Source: Paraphysomonas bandaiensis (taxonomy: Eukaryota > Protista > Chrysophyceae). Taken from it: a stretch of 64,000 nt of DNA. Position 1 is the stretch's first letter. Each line of letters starts with the position of its first letter. A program made the translations under genes and the position numbers. This document shows, piece after piece, positions 58,333-64,000 of this stretch. The DNA lies in assembly GCA_965644295.1 (NCBI GenBank), contig CBFFRP010000218.1, forward strand, positions 314,535 to 378,534, written 5' to 3'. Under the pieces are notes generated by a model. That model did not search any database and was not told the DNA's origin. It worked only from the letters and a program-made list of their open reading frames with translations.

Positions 58333-61300
58333 CTACTCCTGAATAATTTTGGGATAAGCCGCAGCGAGCGACGCATCAACCAAAATCATGCGAGCAGGGT
58401 CAAAATCCTTCTGGGACCCCCAACAGTAAACCAAATAGTTGTCGAAAGCATAGTTGGAACCGTTGAGATTAAAACGGGCGCTAATCTTGCGTTTGGAATT
58501 CTTGTGATACCAATGGGTGTACGTGAATTCCATGACATACGCGGCCGTGGCATAATCCGGTAAACCAAGACTCTCGTACCACAGGTCACCATAGAACCTG
58601 AGGTCAACATAGACAGTATCTCCAACCGACACTGTTGTGATATTCTCCTTCCTCATTGAAGAGATAAAACGCTTCGCAGTAAACGAGTCGTATGCGAGGT
58701 GTCGCAAGTAAGGCCTAGACTCACAAAAATCGTAATATGCCTCACACTGAATATCCGGTGTCCATGGAATGTCCAAGATATCGCCGTCCGCATACTTCAC
58801 CTTGAAGACCATCGTAGATTTAGTTCGTGAATCTCCCGTATATGAAAGAATCTCCTCCACCTTAAATTGCTCATGATCTCGCATCGCCGCTTCAATAGCC
58901 GATTCCTTATCTCCGAAAAATGGCTCAAGATCAGAGACAGAGTATTCCCGAATCCCCCCGGTAAGAAGATTTCGAATTTGAACATCATTCTTATATTGCC
59001 GTACCACTTCGAAAGGACCCTTCATCCTCGAGGATAATTTCGGATGTGGTTTAGCACCAGCGTCGAACATAACAAAATCGCCTGGACAATACTGGTTTTG
59101 TTTGGCAGGATCCAAACCCGCTTCCGCTCGTTTCTCAACTAGAGACTTCTGGTAATCTGCTGATATCTGGCGAACTAGAGCTAAGTAATCGTTCAGCCTT
59201 TTCAACAGCTGATGAGACGGATCATTGTCTTTCCCCTGGGCGGCCAAAAGGTTCTTATAGATAGAATCCTGGGACCCAAACGTCAGTTCGAACGCAGAAT
59301 ACCCCGTCTCACTACTCTCGTGGGTATTCAGAATGAACATGATAGTGGCAAGTAACAGTTCGTCCTCCAAAACAGCATCAGCCTCGATTCGCTTGTCAAA
59401 ACAAATAGCACGGATGTGACGAACCACTTCCTTAATAATACGCTCACATCCGTTGACGTGCCTGTTGGCAATACTAAATACATGACGAAGTCCTGACAAC
59501 TTAACCAGTTCTGCGAAAAGTTCTGATTTGAGATCAGGACCCATATCTGATATAATCATATCCGTGAGCCCGTATGTACACCAGCACTTCCACACTGCTG
59601 TAGCCAAATTGATAGCTGTCATTCCTTTCACCGCATATAGGTACACCAATTTCGTAAACAAATTAACCATGACCACAATATGCGTGTAACCAGATTTAGA
59701 AACAGGTGTAATAGCAACCGCGTCAATTCCCAAAGCACTCCTGGAATGAGGCGGTTTTAAATGTCTAGTGATAGGAATCAATCGCTGCTTCAGCTCTCGC
59801 CTATTCTTCTGACAGTTGATACATTCGTCCACGAAGTCTGCAACCACCTTGAAAGGCACGCCGTGTCCCGGAAATTGTCTACACAGACGTTTCCACGTCT
59901 CTTTCGCACCCCAGTGTCCTGCTTGCGCGTTGTGAACCTCTTTGATAGCCTGATAATAATCTATCCTCTGTACCTCCGTAGGCGGCGCGATCTCTTGAAC
60001 GTCGTCCTCAAAATCGTCTTTTTCAAAGATGTTATGCAGTGTCACGAAGTTCACTTCATCTGAGTCGAAATCGTCACTTTCGTCCACAAACCCGGACAAA
60101 TACAGCAATCTTGACAAGCAATCCGCAACCACATTGTTCTTCCCTGGGATATGACGAATCAAAAAATCAAAATCCTGCAAATAAATTCTCCATCGAATTA
60201 TCTTCGCAACTTCTGATGCCTCCATCCACACAAGGTTGTTGTGGTCCGTCTCGATTGTAAATTTCTTTCCTCTCAGATAAAACGAAAATTTCTTGACTGA
60301 ATAGAATATACCAAAACCCTCCTTCTCAATAGTACACCACTTCAAGGCTTGCTCTGACAATTTCTTGGAACAGATAGCAATAGTTTGCTGTTGAATCGGA
60401 CTAGACCCAGTTCCCTCAACAGTCTGGAAAAGAATGCCTGCCACTCCATAGTCACTGGCATCTGTCCTAAGTGTCCACTCAAGATCATAATTCGGATAAA
60501 ACAAAGCACAAGACTGTTGCAAACCACTCTTATAGTTTTCAAACTCCTGCCTATAATCGTGCTGCCATGTCGTTTCTTCCCAATTAAAACTACTCTTAGT
60601 CATATCCGTAAGATGTTTAACCAAATCTGAGTAATTCTGAACAAATGGAGCAAAGAATACTCCCAGACCCAACAAAGATCTAATCTTCTTACATCTATTT
60701 CCATTCTCTGGAAAAGGAATCTTCAATAAAGCCTCTTTCCTATCGTCCGTGAGCTCGAAACTATTGTGCCTTACCAAATAGCCAAAAAACTTGATCTCCC
60801 TAAATCCTAACCAGGTCTTTGCAAATTTCAACACAACTCCATGTTCAATGCATCTATCCAGGAAAATCTCCAGCTTCTTATACGCATCATCAAAATCATG
60901 TGCCAATAACAGAACATTATCAAATATACACAGCGCCCATTCCAGATCTCCAAACAATTTGACTACCGCTTCTTGCAACACACTAATCCCTGGAGACACT
61001 CCCTCCGGAAGGAATAAAGGCTGAAATTGGCCCCACGGTGTTTGAACTGACAATTTTTCAGATGTGTTCTCATGCAACCTGATCTGATGGAACGCATTCG
61101 TGAGGTCAATGTCCATAAATATCTTATAGCCAATAATACGATCCAACTCATGTCTTACATTAGGAACTGTATAGTGTGGACTTGGAATGTACTTGTTGAT
61201 TTGCACATAATCCCCACAAATCCTAATAAAAGGTTTCGTGGCTTTTGGCGCGATCACCAAACAAGAAGCCCATGGCGACCTACTAGGAACATAGATGTAA

Positions 61301-62286
61301 CCACATAGTCTCCTAAACTCCTTCTCCGCATCCTCATATAATCTAGGATTTACGGGTCTTGCCTTCGGCTTGATCCTAGGAGGCAAATTCTCAGCGAACT
61401 TGATGTTCAACGGATCCACTCCTTTTATACCTTCCCACCGTTCTGGAACAAATACCTCTACTCCCTTAGTCCTCAATAACTCCAGCACCGGTCGCGCTGC
61501 TGAGAACTCTGGAGACACGTGCTCACCAAACATATCCTCGAACTCGCTCAAAGCTTCCTCTCTAGTCTTTCCAAGAAAACTTGAGGCAAATCCGAACTGC
61601 GAAGGGTCCGGAACATCCAATTCTTCAGGTGCTACCTCCCTACTACTGTCACACCACGGCTGCAATAATTCTTCAACCGCATTCAACAACAAATCATCCT
61701 CGGTAACATCGTCCTCACGCCCTTTAATAAAACTTACTTCTGATTCAATTCGTTCAATAGTCCTTCCTTTAAGCATAAATAGAAAATAATCCCATAGATC
61801 CTTAACGATAGCCGGAAGTCCAATAATAATATCGTTGCTACCCATATCAGCAACAATGAAATCCCCGTCATATAACACGAACTCTCCCTTGGAGTCTTCT
61901 CTCTCAAACCTCAATTTTAATTTCACTACAAAACTACACTTCATTCTCGACGTTTTATCTGCAAATCCTATAACTGTTTCTTTTTTTATGACTTTGTTTT
62001 CACACACATGATTTCTAAACGTCTCAAACAAATCCTTGGAAATGAAGTTAGATGTTAGGGCTCCAGTGTCGAACAATATTCCACGCACAGATATTATATA
62101 GTTATCATCACATACAATGCTTCCCCCAGAATGTGCCAATGTCAAGTCTTTTCGTTCTCGCGTATTACAGACATTCATCAAATTTCTGAGGAAAACTCGA
62201 CTAACAGTCTCAGGATCATTCAAACCGTACAATATTTCTTCGTGATCCTGCGAACCATTTATGACACAGCCAGGTTTGATAACCAA
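58333..62286 (-). mobile_element. Ty3/Gypsy chromodomain-bearing retrotransposon pol (PR-RT-RH-IN-CHD), uninterrupted 1317-codon ORF; gag absent
   Basis: ILFDTGA (protease); SPWAS, RICGDY, DLTNAFHQ, IFDN (RT); TDASDYG..EKEG..TDHNNL..ADCLSR (RNase H); HNAQAGHWG..CINCQ, GIDAV, ISDMG, NGCER (integrase); KGPFEV; FKVEEILSY..FKVKYADG (chromodomain). Confidence 0.96.
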
Positions 62287-62289
62287 GGC

Positions 62290-63621
62290 TGTGCAGCAGA
62301 AACAAACACAATGAGTTAACCAGAGCTATATGTACGTCTGATTGCAGGAGAACAGGATGATTATTACTCTAAACAGTATGTCAAGCGTTGCAAGCTTGTA
62401 CTAGTGACTCCCTCCAAGAATCACCGCGCAAACCCCACCTCCAGTGAAGTCAGAACACTAGTGTACAAACAGAACAACACTTAACAAAACACTGAGCTGT
62501 AAAGCAATGCAACATAGAACAAGCACAACACACCACACTCGCGATGACACCACACACCACACTCGCCAGTTTGTAAATTAGCCGTTGAATACTGCGTATT
62601 CAGAGTACTACTACTGTATTACAATGGACCAACATGTATGTGAGTGTGCAGCATACCGTATGATGCTTTTTCTACATCTACTATCTCAGACTAAGAACCA
62701 ATGTCCACATCAGATACATACATCATATCCATTGCTGCATAAACAATGTCTGCCACTACAGATCCAGCAGCGGTCTCCACTAAGCCTAAACCTCGCAATC
62801 GTAGGGGACGGGGCTCTCTATTACGTAGGTCCAATCGGTATCGGTATGCCTACCGTGAAAGGGCTGCTGCTAGGCGTATGTGGGAACGCTCCGTTCGATG
62901 CCCCGAGGGACAACTTGATGCACATAGGCAACTGTGCAAAGTTGTTCCTTACTTGCACTCGTCATCGTATGATGCAAGAGGTGAAGTCTGCCAGTGCGTG
63001 TTGGACTTCTACCAGAGGTGTGGGACAGTGAATCCCTATGTGGAAGTCCGGTCTGGCCTAAACATTGCCAACCCGCAGGGCGATAAGCCTGAACAGCAAG
63101 GTTTATTCTCCTTACAGGATTTGGAGCTAGGACTGCGTTTCTGCCTCTACAGCGGTGAAGTGTATACCTCCCGTCCCAGCTGGGGAGCATATATACTTGA
63201 GATGGCTAAGGACTTCTATATAGATGCGGAGCGGGACACTCGGGACATAGGTTACCTTTGGCCGCTGGGGTCCCAAGCTTATTTGGCCCGGGTGCCTCAT
63301 AATCATGGTAGGTATATAAACACGGTGTATCCTTCTGACCATGCTGCTGGCTGGCGCTTCAACTGCGAATTTGTAGTAGATGAGTCCGGCTTGGACGTGG
63401 TCTGGGTGCAGACCACTCGGGCAGTTGCGGCCGGCGAAGAGCTGTTGGCAGATTATGGGAAATTGTACCTCCTGTCCTAGTGCTAGTTCTTCAGTAATCT
63501 GTAGCGTAATAATGATATGTTTCTGATACTTCTATCGTCTCTGTCTTCATCCCGTAGTTAGTAGTTTTGCACTTACTATAGACACGTGACTGAGGCATGT
63601 GAAATGCCACGTGGTCACACA
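62290..63621 (-). mobile_element. Putative 3' LTR (~1.33 kb, TGTG...CACA) of Gypsy element 2
   Basis: Begins TGTGTGACC directly after a purine tract A15-GGGAGGCGGGGC-TAA, the same PPT-TAA-TGT layout as element 1. Ends ...GCTGCACA at 62290, where the element-1 pol frame starts without gag. The left boundary is inferred. Confidence 0.6.
62746..63480 (+). CDS. SET-domain protein (putative lysine methyltransferase), intronless, 244 aa
   Basis: SET motifs in order: QGLFS, LYSGEV, YIDA, NHGRYIN, NCEF, TTRAVAAGEELLADYG. Arg/Lys-rich N-terminus. Confidence 0.88.
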   Translation: MSATTDPAAVSTKPKPRNRRGRGSLLRRSNRYRYAYRERAAARRMWERSVRCPEGQLDAHRQLCKVVPYLHSSSYDARGEVCQCVLDFYQRCGTVNPYVEVRSGLNIANPQGDKPEQQGLFSLQDLELGLRFCLYSGEVYTSRPSWGAYILEMAKDFYIDAERDTRDIGYLWPLGSQAYLARVPHNHGRYINTVYPSDHAAGWRFNCEFVVDESGLDVVWVQTTRAVAAGEELLADYGKLYLLS

Positions 63622-63802
63622 TTAGCCCCGCCTCCCTTTTTTTTTTTTTTGTTTGATATAAGTATTATGCGAAATGATGAAGACGGGCGTCACTCTGCGG
63701 CCCACAAATTTCAACGGAACTAAAAATTAGCCATCAAAACGAAGGTGCAGCAGAGGAGCGTTGGAGTTGGAGGATCGCGTGTAAGTTGATTGGTCCCGTG
63801 CT

Positions 63803-64000
63803 CTAAACGGACTCAAGGACTTGAGGGTAGCGTGTAGCCAAGTCCTTGTCGACTAGTACCATAGTGCTAGTGTCTAGTTCAGGGTGAACGAAACAATGCA
63901 CGAGGTAGTTGTCATAACGGTAAGTGCGGAGAGTGAGAAGATCCTTGACGGATAATACTCTCCTAGAGCTTCGATGATACCAGTGTGTGAACTGGATCGG
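63803..64000 (-). mobile_element. C-terminal end of pol from a second, related Gypsy element (continues beyond the window)
   Basis: Manual translation PIQFTHWYHRSSRRVLSVKDLLTLRTYRYDNYLVHCFVHPELDTSTMVLVDKDLATRYPQVLESV* aligns with the element-1 C-terminus FTYTHWYHKNSKRKIS..YAFDNYLVYCW..MILVDASLAAAYPKIIQE*. Confidence 0.9.

Noticed and set aside
62270-62290. TGGTTATCAAAC as a primer-binding site making 62290-63621 the 5' LTR of element 1
   Set aside because: There is no room for gag before the protease, and this segment does not match element 1's 3' LTR start at 58302. It follows element 2's PPT instead.

Overview
Eukaryotic nuclear DNA from a compact genome with short (~45-55 nt) GT-AG introns, probably a microbial eukaryote (stramenopile-like is an inference only). 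Host genes: an unknown large protein truncated at the left edge, a coiled-coil protein, a RAD16-like SNF2/RING helicase, a small Cys-rich protein, SKA3-like, ABITRAM/Simiate-like with a CCCH finger, copine, an HS 2-O-sulfotransferase-like protein, an IQM-family protein, a METTL21-like methyltransferase and an intronless 4309-aa VPS13-family gene. Mobile DNA: a deleted PIF/Harbinger-like element, two CAGGG-ended non-autonomous elements, an inverted/tandem array of an ~845-bp repeat, a decayed Ty1/copia element and two apparently nested chromodomain-type Ty3/Gypsy elements. Two things stand out. (1) The Walker A motif (GK|T) of RAD16 is interrupted by a ~345-aa Ala1 intein with the class 3 W-C-T signature and a decayed LAGLIDADG endonuclease, and the intein itself contains a stop-bearing spliceosomal intron, so RNA splicing and then protein splicing are both needed to make the helicase. 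(2) An intact SET-domain (lysine methyltransferase-like) ORF lies antisense inside what appears to be the 3' LTR of a Gypsy retrotransposon. All calls come from reading motifs by eye; no searches were run.
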